From Alphaproteobacteria bacterium (GTDB lineage: Bacteria; Pseudomonadota; Alphaproteobacteria; UBA828), in the NCBI GenBank assembly GCA_965220745.1, contig CBDCQT010000010.1:544001-608000 (forward strand): DNA of 64,000 nt. The letters are read 5' to 3'. The notes beneath the pieces are model-generated. The model was not told where the DNA came from, ran no database searches, and saw nothing but the letters and a program-made list of their open reading frames with translations. Positions 18,231 through 29,057 of the stretch are shown one piece after another; the first letter of the stretch is position 1; the number at the start of each line of letters is the position of its first letter. The translations under genes were made by a program, and so were the position numbers.

Positions 18231-19199
18231 ATGGAATACGGCTTCAACGTACCCAACGGCGGGCCTCTGGCCGTGCCGGAGCACATCGCGACCCTCGCCC
18301 AGCATGGCGAAAAGCTGGGTTACCGAATCCTCGCGATTCCGGATCACATCGTGGTGCCCAAGGGCATCGACTCGCCTTACCCCTACTCGCCCGACGGCAA
18401 GCTCACCTTTCCCACCCTGCTCGCCGGCGAATGCCTGGAGCCGCTCGCGCTGATGGCCTACCTCGCGGGCGTCACGACCGAGATGCGGCTGCTCACCTCA
18501 GTGATGGTGGTCCCCTACCGGCAACCGGTTCTGACGGCGAAGCTTCTCTCCACCATCGATCTGCTCTCGGGCGGGCGCGCGGTGGTGGGCGTCGGCGCCG
18601 GCTGGATGGCCGAGGAGTTCCCGCCGGTGGATGCGCCGCCCTTCGAGGCCCGAGGCCGGGCGACCGACGAGTACCTGCGCATCTACAAGGAGCTCTGGAC
18701 CGCCGACGCGCCCAAGTACGAGGGCGAGTTCACTTCGTTCGACAACATCCTGTTCCATCCGAAGCCGGTACAGAAGCCGCATCCACCGATCTGGGTGGGC
18801 GGCGAGAGCAAGCCGGCCAAGCGGCGGACCGTGCGCTACGGCGACGCCTGGTTCCCGATCGGCTGTAACCCCCGCTTCCCGATGGACACCATTGGCCGCT
18901 TCGCCGCCGGCCTCGACGACCTCCGCGCGATGGCGGAGGCAGAGGGTCGCGACCCGGCCAGCATCGACATCGCCTTCTGGGCCGTGTGGTACGGCGCCAG
19001 CGAGGAGCCGATCATCACCGACACGGGCGAGCGGATGCTGCTCACGGGCTCGGCGGACCACATCGCGAGCGATATCCGGGCGATGCGCGACCTCGGGGTG
19101 CGCCACCTCGCGATCCAGGTCCTGCGCGAGACCCTCGAGGAAACCCTCGACGTCATCACCGGGTTTGCCGAGGAGGTACGCCCCAAGGCCGACGCGTGA
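18231..19199 (+). CDS. LLM-class oxidoreductase, probable F420-dependent (Rv2161c-like)
   Basis: PDHIVVP, PYPY, R-P-LTAK..TIDLLSGGR..GVGAGWMAEEF, PKPVQKPHPPIWVGGES. Confidence 0.85.
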   Translation: MEYGFNVPNGGPLAVPEHIATLAQHGEKLGYRILAIPDHIVVPKGIDSPYPYSPDGKLTFPTLLAGECLEPLALMAYLAGVTTEMRLLTSVMVVPYRQPVLTAKLLSTIDLLSGGRAVVGVGAGWMAEEFPPVDAPPFEARGRATDEYLRIYKELWTADAPKYEGEFTSFDNILFHPKPVQKPHPPIWVGGESKPAKRRTVRYGDAWFPIGCNPRFPMDTIGRFAAGLDDLRAMAEAEGRDPASIDIAFWAVWYGASEEPIITDTGERMLLTGSADHIASDIRAMRDLGVRHLAIQVLRETLEETLDVITGFAEEVRPKADA

Positions 19200-19208
19200 G
19201 CGCGGGGG

Positions 19209-20993
19209 CTACTCCGCCGCAGTCTGCACCCGAGCGCCGGGCTCTGCTACGGTCGCAGCCCTGAGCCGGCGGGTCTCGGCCTCATCGACGTTGCCGGCCC
19301 GATCGAGGGCCACGCGGTAGACGTCGCGGGCGGCGTCGGGAGAGACCCACTTCTCCCGCACGTCGTGGGCGACGCGCTCGGGCTCCCGGGCGTAGGGCGC
19401 TGCGTAACCGCCGCCCCCGGCTGAGATCGAGACCATCGTCTCGCCCGGCGCAACGGCCACCTGGGCGCAGGCATCAAGGGCGACCAGCTCGCCATTGTGG
19501 TTGCGGCGGTACTGACGGGCGACGGCGCCCTGGCCGCCGCCGCGCGCGCCGTTCGCCGGGTTGACCGCGCCGTTGCTGACATAGCCCACCTCGAGCCGGC
19601 AGCCCTCCACCGGGCCGAACTCGACGAAGGCCCCTGCCCCGCCGCGCTGGCGCCCGGCGCCGCCGCTGTCGGTGATGAAGTGGCGCCCCTTCACGGTGAT
19701 GGGGAAGACCATCTCGTCCACCTCGATGGAATCCTGGTAGCAGAGCCCGGCGTTGCCGACGTGAGCGATGGCGATCCAGGCGTCCGTCTCCGGCGCCGCC
19801 GCGCCGGCGCCGAAGCCGAGGAAGACCTGGTTCACGAACAGCGCGCCGCTGCGCGGGTCGGTGCCCGAGATCACACCACAGCTCGGCGGGATCACGCCGC
19901 CGACCTCGGCCATGCCGTGTCCGTCGCCGAGTTCCGCGATGGCGCGCTGCACGCCGTTGGCGATGTGGTCGGCGACATTGGTGGTGGCGACCGAGCATGA
20001 GGTCGGGTGCTCGGGGATGCCCACGACGCAGCCTTGCCTGAGCCTCACTTCGATGCGGCGGAAAGCGCCGGCGTTGGGCGGCACGGTGTGTGGCAGCGCG
20101 TTGAAGATGCCCACCATCGCCGAGGTGCGGGCGCAAGCCTCGCTCATGTTGAGCCCGAAGGGGAGGGAATCGGCGTTGTCCCGCAGATCGACCTCGATCT
20201 GTGCCTCGGCCGGGTCGACACGCACGGAGACGTTGACCGTCACGCCCTCGGGCGCGCCGGGAATGGGATCGTGGGTGCTGGCGACGGTGAGGCTGCCGGC
20301 GGGCAATCCCTTCAGCGCCTCCACCATGCGCCGCTCGCTGTAGTCGAACCACTCGGCCGCGAAGCCATCCAGCGTCTCCCAGCCGACCTCGTCGGCAAGT
20401 GAGAGCACTTCCCGCTCGCCCACCCGGGCGGCACCCAGCATGGCGAGGAAGTCGCCCCACCACTGGTCCGGCACGCGAATGCGCATGCGGCACATGCGGA
20501 CGATGTCTTCGATGGTCTCGTAGCCGCGCTGCACCTGCACTGCCGGGAAGATCAGCGCGCCCTCCTCGTACACGTCGCGGGCGCTGCCGTGATAGGTGGT
20601 GGCGATGGAGTTGCCGCAATCAGCCTGATGCGCCTTGGCGAGCACCGTGAAGCGGTGGCGCCCGTCATCGTCGATCACGGGTACCAGGATCGTGTGGTCC
20701 GCCGGGTGCGAACAGCCGTGATAGGGCGAGTTGTGCAAGAAGGCGTCGCCCCGCCGCAGCGTCGGGTGGAATTGCTTCATCGACGCGGCCATCAGGTCGG
20801 GGCCGCTCAGCACGTGGATCGGCAGGCTCTCGGCGGTCGCCAGCAGGTCGCAGTCGGCAGTGACGATACAGCAGGAGAAGTCGCGCGCCGTGTTGAGCAC
20901 GCCGGAACGGCCCGTGCGGAAGAGCGTATTGGCCATCTTCCGGCAGATGCCCTCGAAGCGCTTATTCAGGATCGCGAGGCGCACGCCGTCCAT
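19209..20993 (-). CDS. Hydantoinase B / oxoprolinase family protein
   Basis: RTGRSGVLNTARDFSC, HNSPYHGCSHPAD, KAHQADCG, DSGGAGRQRG, GGGGY. Confidence 0.9.
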   Translation of the reverse strand: MDGVRLAILNKRFEGICRKMANTLFRTGRSGVLNTARDFSCCIVTADCDLLATAESLPIHVLSGPDLMAASMKQFHPTLRRGDAFLHNSPYHGCSHPADHTILVPVIDDDGRHRFTVLAKAHQADCGNSIATTYHGSARDVYEEGALIFPAVQVQRGYETIEDIVRMCRMRIRVPDQWWGDFLAMLGAARVGEREVLSLADEVGWETLDGFAAEWFDYSERRMVEALKGLPAGSLTVASTHDPIPGAPEGVTVNVSVRVDPAEAQIEVDLRDNADSLPFGLNMSEACARTSAMVGIFNALPHTVPPNAGAFRRIEVRLRQGCVVGIPEHPTSCSVATTNVADHIANGVQRAIAELGDGHGMAEVGGVIPPSCGVISGTDPRSGALFVNQVFLGFGAGAAAPETDAWIAIAHVGNAGLCYQDSIEVDEMVFPITVKGRHFITDSGGAGRQRGGAGAFVEFGPVEGCRLEVGYVSNGAVNPANGARGGGQGAVARQYRRNHNGELVALDACAQVAVAPGETMVSISAGGGGYAAPYAREPERVAHDVREKWVSPDAARDVYRVALDRAGNVDEAETRRLRAATVAEPGARVQTAAE

Positions 20994-21233
20994 CAGCTTC
21001 GTCCTTCTCGTCCGCTCCAGTCCGCCCACCACCTTATGATCCGTGTTGGCCGGGGTCCAACTGACGGCACGCGTGCGTATGGGCCGCCTCAAGAGCCCGT
21101 TGGGCCGCGGCGCTCGCGGGCCGTAAGCGAATGGGGTACCTTGAACAGTATATGCGCTGGCTCTCGGTCGATCTGCAATGCCCATGGGTCTTGCGCGTCC
21201 GATCGGGACCATCTCAACCAGGGAGGTAATGTC

Positions 21234-22322
21234 ATGGTGAAACTGGGTCACAAAATGCGTCGGGCGCTGAGGGCTCCGTTGACGGCGGCCGTCGCGATCG
21301 GAATGGGCGTCGCACTGCTCGCGGGGCTTGGCGCCACGCCTGTGGTGGCAGACGACCCCGTCGCGAACGCCAAGAAGATTCTGGAGTTCGATGCGCGAAA
21401 CATCACGCCGTCTAAAGCCTACCGGATCGCCTATCTGTCCGAGTGCGGCCAGAACCCCTATTGCTCAGCGCGGCGTGCCGGCCTCGAAGCGGCGGCGCAG
21501 AAGTACGGCTTCACTTACAAGCGCTTCGCCGCCAACTTCAATCCGGCGACGCAGATCAAGCAGGTGCAGAACGCGATCACCGAGGGTTTCGACGGCTACC
21601 TGTTCGCGCCGACCGCAGCCGCGCCCGCCTGCTCGATGTGGAAGCGCCATTTGCAGCCGCTCGACGAGCCCACCGTCTCGCTCGATCTGCCGATGTGCGA
21701 AGACGCCGACTATTCCGAGGGGCTGGCGGCGACGGTCACCATGCAGCGACAGGCCTATTACAACGCGCACGTCGATCACGCGCTCGCATCCTGCACTGAG
21801 CCCTGCAAGGTCGCGGCGGTCGGCGGTTTCGTCGGCTCCGACTTGTTCGGCTTCTGGGAGAAGGCCATTCAACAGGGTGCGGAGAAGTTCCCGAATGCCG
21901 ACATCGTCGTGGACCAGCCGGCGAACTTCGACCCGCGCGTGGCCCTGGAGAAGATCCAGAACGCGCTGCTCGCGCATCCCGACATCACGGTGATTCTCTC
22001 GTCATGGGACGACATGTCGCGTGGCGTCGAGCAGGCGGTCGAGGCTGCCGGCAAGACACCGGGCACGGACATCCGCATCTATTCCATCGGTGCGACCAAG
22101 GATGGCATCGCCAAGGTGAAGGCCGGCACCTACAACGAGACGACGGTGTTGCTCCCCTGGGAGGAGTCCTACTACGCCGCCGTCGCGCTGATCGCCGCGC
22201 TCGAGGGCGAGCCGATCAACGGCTACATCAACGAAGCGGACCTGCCGGCGGTCGCGGATGGCCCCGGCACGATCATCATCACCAAGGAAAACGCCGACAC
22301 GATGACCGAACCCAAGTACTGA
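21234..22322 (+). CDS. Sugar-type (RbsB-like) ABC transporter substrate-binding protein
   Basis: RBS GGAGGT, signal peptide, NPY, QIKQVQNAI, HPDITVI, DDMSRG. Confidence 0.85.
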   Translation: MVKLGHKMRRALRAPLTAAVAIGMGVALLAGLGATPVVADDPVANAKKILEFDARNITPSKAYRIAYLSECGQNPYCSARRAGLEAAAQKYGFTYKRFAANFNPATQIKQVQNAITEGFDGYLFAPTAAAPACSMWKRHLQPLDEPTVSLDLPMCEDADYSEGLAATVTMQRQAYYNAHVDHALASCTEPCKVAAVGGFVGSDLFGFWEKAIQQGAEKFPNADIVVDQPANFDPRVALEKIQNALLAHPDITVILSSWDDMSRGVEQAVEAAGKTPGTDIRIYSIGATKDGIAKVKAGTYNETTVLLPWEESYYAAVALIAALEGEPINGYINEADLPAVADGPGTIIITKENADTMTEPKY

Positions 22323-22336
22323 GGGCGCCATGCTTT

Positions 22337-22398
22337 GGGGGCGGGAACGCTGGACCCGCCCCCGCGACCCTTCCACGACCGGGACAAGCCCGGTCGTG
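22337..22398. repeat. Two intergenic hairpins; the second resembles the alphaproteobacterial REP-like GGGACAAGCCCGG element
   Basis: GGGGGCGGG..CCCGCCCCC (22337-22363) and CACGACCGGG-ACAAG-CCCGGTCGTG (22374-22398). Confidence 0.65.
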
Positions 22399-22410
22399 AC
22401 GCGATGACGA

Positions 22411-23952
22411 GTGGAGGCACGGATCGACCCGCCCGTGACATCGTCCGCCGAACTTGACGCCATCCGCGTCGAGCGGGTCTCGAAGGCGTTTCCAGGCGTC
22501 CAGGCGCTGAAGGACGTCGACTTCGTGCTCCACGAGGGCGAGGTCCATGGCCTCGTCGGCGAGAACGGCGCCGGCAAGTCGACGCTGATCAAGATTCTCA
22601 CCGGCGCCTATACCGCGGATAGCGGCAGCGTCGAGATTTTCGGCGAACCGGTCGAGCAGCACGGCCCGCGCGCCCAGCAGCGCGCAGGTGTCGCCGCCAT
22701 CTATCAGGAGTTGACAGTCGTCGCTGACATGTCCGCGGCCTCGAACGTCTTTCTCGGCCGCCCCATGCGGCGAGGCCCCATGGTGAAACGCCGCTCTATG
22801 GAACAGCGCTTCCGGGAACTCGGCGACCGTCTCGGGGTCGACATCCCCCCCGGCGCCCGTGCGGGCGATCTCTCGGTGGCGAACCAGCAGATGCTCGAGA
22901 TCATGCGGGCGCTGCAGGCCGACCACCGCATCCTCATCATGGACGAGCCCACGGCGTCCCTCGGGCCCAACGAACGCGAGCGGCTTTACGAGACGGTGGG
23001 GCGGCTCCGGGACGAGCGCGCGTCGGTCATCTATATCTCTCACGATCTGGACGAGGTGCTCAGGCTGTGCGACCGCGTTTCGGTCCTGCGCGACGGAGAG
23101 ATGGTCGCCACCGCCGACGTCGATGCCTGGGACAAGGAGAAGCTGGTCAACACCATGTTGGGGACGGAACTGCGCGCACCGCCCTCCCGCCGTCACGCCG
23201 CCGAGGTCGAGGAACTGTTGCGCGTCGAGGGCGTTACGGTGCCGGGCAAGCTTCAGGACATCTCGTTCGTCCTCCACGCCGGCGAAATCTTCGGCATCGC
23301 GGGACTGGTGGGCTCCGGCAGGACCGAGCTGCTTCGGGCGCTGGCCGGCACCCAGCCCGGTGCCAGCGGGACGCTCACCATCGACGGCCGCACGCAACCC
23401 CTGCCGCGCACCGTCGGGCGCGCATTGGCGCTCGGGATCGCGCTCGCACCCGAAGACCGCAAGGGACAGGGCTTGGTGCTGAGTCAAAACGGCTTCGTCA
23501 ACGTCACGATGACGGACATGCGCGGCCTCGCACCCGGCGCGATCGTGCGCAGCGGGCGACGCAAATCCGCGGCGGAGACCATCGCCGCCTCGCTTGCCTT
23601 CGATCCGCGACGGCTCGGAGCACTGACGGGCACGCTCTCCGGCGGCAATCAACAGAAGCTCGTTGTCGGCAAGTGGCTGCATCGCCGGCCTCGGGTCCTC
23701 CTCATGGATGAACCAACGCGGGGCATTGATGTGGGCGCGAAGGGCGAGATGTTCGCCGTCATGCGCCGCCTCGCCGACGAGGGCATGGCTATCGTCATGG
23801 TGTCGTCGGAACTGGAGGAGGTGGTCGAGCTGGCCGACCGGGTGCTGGTGCTGGCCAAGGGACAGCAGGCCGCGATTCTGGAGCGCGGGGAGTTGTCCCT
23901 GGAGCGCGTCCTCGCCATGACCTTCGGCGTAGAAGGGGAGGCCGCGGCATGA
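22411..23952 (+). CDS. Sugar ABC transporter ATP-binding protein (RbsA-like, two NBDs)
   Basis: GENGAGKSTL, MDEPT, YISHDL, LSGGNQQK, DEPTRGIDVGAK. Confidence 0.95.
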   Translation: MEARIDPPVTSSAELDAIRVERVSKAFPGVQALKDVDFVLHEGEVHGLVGENGAGKSTLIKILTGAYTADSGSVEIFGEPVEQHGPRAQQRAGVAAIYQELTVVADMSAASNVFLGRPMRRGPMVKRRSMEQRFRELGDRLGVDIPPGARAGDLSVANQQMLEIMRALQADHRILIMDEPTASLGPNERERLYETVGRLRDERASVIYISHDLDEVLRLCDRVSVLRDGEMVATADVDAWDKEKLVNTMLGTELRAPPSRRHAAEVEELLRVEGVTVPGKLQDISFVLHAGEIFGIAGLVGSGRTELLRALAGTQPGASGTLTIDGRTQPLPRTVGRALALGIALAPEDRKGQGLVLSQNGFVNVTMTDMRGLAPGAIVRSGRRKSAAETIAASLAFDPRRLGALTGTLSGGNQQKLVVGKWLHRRPRVLLMDEPTRGIDVGAKGEMFAVMRRLADEGMAIVMVSSELEEVVELADRVLVLAKGQQAAILERGELSLERVLAMTFGVEGEAAA

Positions 23953-24968
23953 CCGCGAGCCCGCCCTCGCTGCCGCCGGACGCGCCCGAGAGCCGTGCCG
24001 AACGGGGCGCGAGCCTGCTGCGGCAGTACGGCGGCGTGGCCTTCCGCACCTACGGGATCATCGTCGCCTTCGTGATCCTGGTCATCGTCGTCTCCATCGG
24101 CAATCCCGCGTTCCTCTCCCAAGGCAACATCTTCAACATGCTGTCCCAGTGGGCGCCGGCCGGGATCATGGCGGTGGGCATGACCTACGTCATCCTGACC
24201 GGCGGCTTCGATCTCTCCATCGCGTCGGGCTACTCGCTCTGCGCGGTGGTCGCCGCCGGGGTCGGCATCCTGGTGGACCCGGCCTACGCGTTCCTCGCCG
24301 CCATTGCGGCGGGATTCTTCGTCGGGCTGCTCAATGCCGTGCTCGTGGTCGGCGTCAACATCAATCCGTTCATCACCACGGTGGGCACGGGATTCATCCT
24401 GGGCGGCGTCACCTACGTGGTTACCAAGAACGCCGCGTTCGTGGTGCCGGACATGGCCTTCGGCGATCTCGGCGCCGGCCGTTGGCACGGCTTTCCCTTC
24501 TCCGGAATGATGCTGATCGCCTTCCTCCTGGTCGGCGGGCTGGTGCTCGCCAAGACCGTCTACGGCGAGGCGATCTACGCGGTCGGCGGCAATCGGGAGG
24601 CGAGCCGGCTCTCCGGCATCCGCGTCCGCACCGTGATCGGCAGCACCTACGTGCTGTCCGGCGTCTGCATGGGCGTCGCCGGCACGCTCACGGCGTCCCA
24701 GCTCAACTCGGCTCAGGCCAATCTGGATCCCGTCATCATCTTTGACGTGCTCACCATCGTGGTGGTGGGCGGCACCTCGCTCGCCGGCGGCTTCGGGTCG
24801 ATGTGGCGGACTGTCGTGGGCCTCGGCATCATCGCCACCATCTCAAACGGCTTCGTCCTGCTCGACATCGACGTCTTCTATCAGGACATCATCAAGGGCT
24901 CGATCATCGTCGGCGCACTCGCGCTCGACGTGCTCGCCCGCCGGGTGGCGACGCGCTCCGGCGCGTGA
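23949..24968 (+). CDS. Sugar ABC transporter permease (RbsC-like)
   Basis: GMTYVILTGGFDLS, GGNREASRLSGI, VVVGGTSLAGG. Confidence 0.95.
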   Translation: MTASPPSLPPDAPESRAERGASLLRQYGGVAFRTYGIIVAFVILVIVVSIGNPAFLSQGNIFNMLSQWAPAGIMAVGMTYVILTGGFDLSIASGYSLCAVVAAGVGILVDPAYAFLAAIAAGFFVGLLNAVLVVGVNINPFITTVGTGFILGGVTYVVTKNAAFVVPDMAFGDLGAGRWHGFPFSGMMLIAFLLVGGLVLAKTVYGEAIYAVGGNREASRLSGIRVRTVIGSTYVLSGVCMGVAGTLTASQLNSAQANLDPVIIFDVLTIVVVGGTSLAGGFGSMWRTVVGLGIIATISNGFVLLDIDVFYQDIIKGSIIVGALALDVLARRVATRSGA

Positions 24969-24984
24969 GGTGGGGCCGTACCGG

Positions 24985-26472
24985 TCAGGCGAGCTCCGGC
25001 GATGAGGCCGGCGCCCGGCGATGCTGCGTCGCCTGCTCGAATGAATAGGCGAGCGCCAGCAGGTCGTCCTCGCGATAGGGCAAGCCCAGGATCTCCATGC
25101 CTACCGGCACACCCTCGGGCGTGAAGCCGGCTGGCACGCTGATCGCCGGCATCCAGGTCTGCGCGCCGATCAGAGTGTTCGTGGGAAACTCGAGCGTCTT
25201 CCATTGCCCGGCGTTGAGATCGTCGCGCCGTGGCGACTGCACCTGTGTGGTCGGATAGACCAGCGCGGCCGCACCGGCCTTGCCCATCTGATTGATCACG
25301 ATCCGCCGGAATTTCTCCGAGGTCGTGTAGCGCGGGTAGTATTCCGGATCCGAATAGGGGTCTTCTGGACCCTCCGCAATCTCTTCGAGCAGATCGAGCA
25401 TCGGGTGATACTGCTTGGTTTCGATGAGCGCGCGTACGCTTTCCGCCGCCAACGAGGGGCGGGACGCCATGAACTCGTCGATCGCGCTCCGCGAATGATT
25501 GATGTAGAGCGACGAGTACAGGATGTGGTCCATGAGGTCGGGGATTTCGACATCGACGAGGGTCGCGCCGGCGCCCTTCAGCGCGCCAAGGGCATCCTCG
25601 ATGACCGCGTTGACCACCGCCGCGTTGGGGTTCGACGAGTCGCCGAAGGCGGAGCGCACGACACCGATGGTCTTACCCGACAACGCGTCCTTATCGAGGC
25701 AAGCGACGTAGTCCACATTGCCGGCAATCAGCGCCGTCGAGGTATAAGGGTCTTCGGGGTCGAAGCCGGCGACGACCTGGAGCAGCTTGGCCGTGTCGGT
25801 GACAGTACGGCACATCGGGCCCGCCGAGTCCTGGAAGATGACCAGCGGCGACATGCCGGCCCGGCTGATCAGGCCCGGCGTCACCTTGAGCCCCACCAGG
25901 TTGTCGAACGAAGCCGGCAGGCGCGCGGAGCCGCCGGTATCCTCGCCGAGGCCGATGGCGCCGAGATTCGCGGCGACCGCACACCCCGTGCCGCCGCTCG
26001 ACCCGCCCGGATCACGCTCAAGATCGTAGGGGTTCTTGGTCTCGCCGATGGCCGAGCAATAGCCGAACCACGAGGTCGCGAAATCGGGCATCGCCGTCTT
26101 CGCGAGGATGATCGCGCCGGCCTCGCGTATCAGCCTGATCGCCGTCGCGTCCTTCTCCGGCAGGTAGTCTTTCGCAGCGATCGAGCCGAAGGTCGTGATG
26201 ATATCGGCCGTCTCGACCTGGTCCTTCACGACCACCGGAATGCCATGCAGCGGCCCGGTAAGCCCGCCATCGGCGAATGCCTTGTCCAGCGCTTCGGCCT
26301 CTTCCACCGCCCGCGGATTGACGTTGATGACCGAATTCAGGGCGGGGCCGTTTCGATCATAGGCTTCGATCCGCGCGAGATAACGCGACACGAGCTCCGC
26401 AGCGCTCAGATAGCCCGAGCGATACGCCTCGTGGATACCGGCAATGGTGGCTTCTTCGACGCGAAAGGCCAT
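24985..26472 (-). CDS. Amidase-signature family enzyme
   Basis: GPLHGIPVVVKD, GGSSGG, GEDTGGSARLPA. Confidence 0.92.
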   Translation of the reverse strand: MAFRVEEATIAGIHEAYRSGYLSAAELVSRYLARIEAYDRNGPALNSVINVNPRAVEEAEALDKAFADGGLTGPLHGIPVVVKDQVETADIITTFGSIAAKDYLPEKDATAIRLIREAGAIILAKTAMPDFATSWFGYCSAIGETKNPYDLERDPGGSSGGTGCAVAANLGAIGLGEDTGGSARLPASFDNLVGLKVTPGLISRAGMSPLVIFQDSAGPMCRTVTDTAKLLQVVAGFDPEDPYTSTALIAGNVDYVACLDKDALSGKTIGVVRSAFGDSSNPNAAVVNAVIEDALGALKGAGATLVDVEIPDLMDHILYSSLYINHSRSAIDEFMASRPSLAAESVRALIETKQYHPMLDLLEEIAEGPEDPYSDPEYYPRYTTSEKFRRIVINQMGKAGAAALVYPTTQVQSPRRDDLNAGQWKTLEFPTNTLIGAQTWMPAISVPAGFTPEGVPVGMEILGLPYREDDLLALAYSFEQATQHRRAPASSPELA

Positions 26473-26635
26473 GGCGTCCTCCTGAGAACCCGGGGTTGCA
26501 ACGTCCGTCCGGGCAAGCGCCCGGTCATCGGGGCTATGCTAAATGAGTGCCGGTCCGCACGCCACGCCCGGCCGGCCGGTTTGCGAGCACGGAATGGTAT
26601 CGTCGTGCCTCGCGCATCCGTTCCGGAGGCCTGCG

Positions 26636-27442
26636 ATGGACTATCGATGCATAACGTTCGAGCAACGGGAGGCGGTCGGGCTGGTCACGCTCAACCGACC
26701 CGAGCGGGCCAACGCCATGAATCGCGCCATGCTGGCGGAGCTCAACGCCGCGTGCGATGCGGTCGAGGCCGACGAGACCATCCGCGCGCTGGTGGTGACC
26801 GGGGCGGGTGGCGCGTTCTCCTCGGGCTTCGATCTCAAGGAGCAGGCCGCGGCCCCGCCCCAAGGTGTCGCTGAGTGGCGCGACGTTCTGCGGGACGACT
26901 TCGATACCGTGATGCGCTTCTGGCATCTCTGGAAGCCGACGGTGGCCGCGGTGCGCGGCCCGGCGCTCGCCGGCGCTTGCGAGCTTGCGCTCGCCTGCGA
27001 CGTGACCGTGGCAGCCGAGGACGCCCGCTTCGGCGAGCCCGAGTTGCGTTTCGGCGCGGGCATTGTCGTGATGCTGCTGCCCTGGCTTGCGGGACCGAAG
27101 CACGCGAAGGAGATCCTGCTCACCGGCGAGGACGAGATCGGCGCCCGCCGCGCCTATGAGATTGGCCTCGTCAACCGCGTCGTGCCAGTGGGCGAAGAGG
27201 TCGAGACCGCGCTCGCGCTCGCCCGCCGCATGGCCGCCATCGAGCCGGCCCTGCTCAGGCGCACCAAGGCCACGATCAATCGCATGTACGCCATGATGGC
27301 CTTCGACGAGACGCTTGAGATGGCGCTCGAGGAGGACACCGCGATCGAGGGCGAGGGCACGGCCACCAAGCGCGAATTCCTCGAGATCGCCCGGACCCAG
27401 GGCCTGCGTGCGGCCATTGCCTGGCGCGACGCCAAGCACTGA
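26636..27442 (+). CDS. Enoyl-CoA hydratase/isomerase family protein
   Basis: LNRPERANA, AFSSGFDL, KPTVAAVRG..AGACELALACD, FGEPE. Confidence 0.92.
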   Translation: MDYRCITFEQREAVGLVTLNRPERANAMNRAMLAELNAACDAVEADETIRALVVTGAGGAFSSGFDLKEQAAAPPQGVAEWRDVLRDDFDTVMRFWHLWKPTVAAVRGPALAGACELALACDVTVAAEDARFGEPELRFGAGIVVMLLPWLAGPKHAKEILLTGEDEIGARRAYEIGLVNRVVPVGEEVETALALARRMAAIEPALLRRTKATINRMYAMMAFDETLEMALEEDTAIEGEGTATKREFLEIARTQGLRAAIAWRDAKH

Positions 27443-27544
27443 GCGCGACACCGCGTGCGATACCGCGCTTCATCCGGCGGGGGTGCTTGACCTCCGTTGC
27501 GCGCCGACATAGCTAAGTGCAGGTTCCTGTTCCGGTCGATCGCG

Positions 27545-28060
27545 ATGGCCATACGCCCGATCATCACCGCGCCCGACAAGCGGCTGAAGGCGCGCTCCGC
27601 GCCGGTCGAGGTCGTCGATGACGAGGTGCGCGCGCTGCTCGATGACATGATGGAGTCGATGCACGCCGCAGAGGGCATCGGGCTTGCCGCCATCCAGATC
27701 GGCGTGCCCAAGCGCTGCATCGTGGCCGACGTTCATCTGGCCGATGAGCCGCCCGCGCCGCTCAAGCTGGTCAATCCCGAGATCGTCTGGCGCTCGGACG
27801 AACGCGTGAGCCGCGAGGAGGGCTGCCTCTCCTTCCCCGACCACTACGCCGAGGTGGAGCGCCCGGCGTCGGTGACAGTAGCGTACTTGGACGAGACCGG
27901 CGCCGCGCAGGAACTCACGGCCGTCGGCACACTCGCCGTCTGCCTCCAGCACGAAATCGACCACCTGGAGGGAGTGCTCTTCGTGGACTACCTGTCGCTG
28001 GTCAAGCGCAGCATCATCCTGCGCAAGCTGACCAAGGCGCGCCGCGCCGCCACCGGCTGA
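27545..28060 (+). CDS. def: Peptide deformylase
   Basis: [24 protein letters not shown]. Confidence 0.97.
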   Translation: MAIRPIITAPDKRLKARSAPVEVVDDEVRALLDDMMESMHAAEGIGLAAIQIGVPKRCIVADVHLADEPPAPLKLVNPEIVWRSDERVSREEGCLSFPDHYAEVERPASVTVAYLDETGAAQELTAVGTLAVCLQHEIDHLEGVLFVDYLSLVKRSIILRKLTKARRAATG

Positions 28061-28109
28061 GGCGGCGGCGGTTCCGTCTGCGAGCCGGGCCTCGCCAGCG
28101 CAGGACCCC

Positions 28110-29057
28110 ATGCGACCACTGAGGCTGGTGTTCATGGGAACGCCAGCCTTCGCCGTGCCCACCCTCGATGCGCTCTGCGCGAGCGGCCATTCGGTCGCCG
28201 CCGTCTACACCCAGCCGCCGCGGGCCGCCCAGCGTGGCCGCAAGGTGCGGCCGACGCCGGTGGCGGTCCGCGCCGAGGCTGCGGGGATCGAGATGAGGAC
28301 GCCTTCGAGCCTGAAGCCGGCGGAGGCGCAGGCGGCGTTCGCAGCGCTCGAAACTGATCTCGCGGTCACGGTCGCCTATGGTTTGATCCTGCCGCCGGCC
28401 GTGCTGGCGGCACCCCGGCTCGGCTGCATCAATGCCCACGCCTCGCTGTTGCCGCGCTGGCGCGGCGCGGCGCCGATCCAGCGGGCGATCATGGCGGGCG
28501 ATTCCGAGACCGGCGTCACCATCATGCGCATGGACGAGGGCCTCGACACGGGCCCCATTCTCATGGCCGAGCGCGTGTCGATCGGGCCCGAGACCACGGG
28601 CGGCACGCTGCACGACACCCTCGCCGCGCTTTCCGCCCGGCTGATGGTGGAGGCGATCGACGGGCTCGCGGCGGGCACGCTGACCGGAACGCCGCAATCG
28701 CAGGACGGCGCCACCTACGCGGCAAAGCTCGAAAAGCACGAGGCTGCCATCGACTGGCGCACGCCCGCGGCGCACATCGAGCGCTCGGTGCGCGCGCTCG
28801 CGCCGAAGCCCGGCGCCTGGTTCGATCACGATGGGGAACGCATCAAGGTGCTGGCGGCCGAAGAGGCTGCCGCAACCCCGGGCGCGGCGCCGGGGACGAT
28901 CCTCGATACGGCGCTCACGGTCGCCTGCGGCGACGGTTCCGTGCTGCGCCCGACCCGCCTTCAGCGCGCCGGCAGGGCGGCGATGGATGCGGACGCCTTC
29001 CTGCGCGGCCGCCCGATCGCAGCCGGCACACGCCTGCCATGCCCCGCTACAAGCTGA
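28110..29057 (+). CDS. fmt: Methionyl-tRNA formyltransferase
   Basis: [42 protein letters not shown]. Confidence 0.97.
   Translation: MRPLRLVFMGTPAFAVPTLDALCASGHSVAAVYTQPPRAAQRGRKVRPTPVAVRAEAAGIEMRTPSSLKPAEAQAAFAALETDLAVTVAYGLILPPAVLAAPRLGCINAHASLLPRWRGAAPIQRAIMAGDSETGVTIMRMDEGLDTGPILMAERVSIGPETTGGTLHDTLAALSARLMVEAIDGLAAGTLTGTPQSQDGATYAAKLEKHEAAIDWRTPAAHIERSVRALAPKPGAWFDHDGERIKVLAAEEAAATPGAAPGTILDTALTVACGDGSVLRPTRLQRAGRAAMDADAFLRGRPIAAGTRLPCPATS

Noticed and set aside
21160-21180. Possible sigma54 promoter upstream of the ABC binding-protein gene
   Set aside because: GG and GC are not at the required 10-nt spacing
27486-27516. CTTGACC..CATAGCT as an RpoH or sigma70 promoter for def
   Set aside because: The -35 is plausible but the -10 fits neither consensus well
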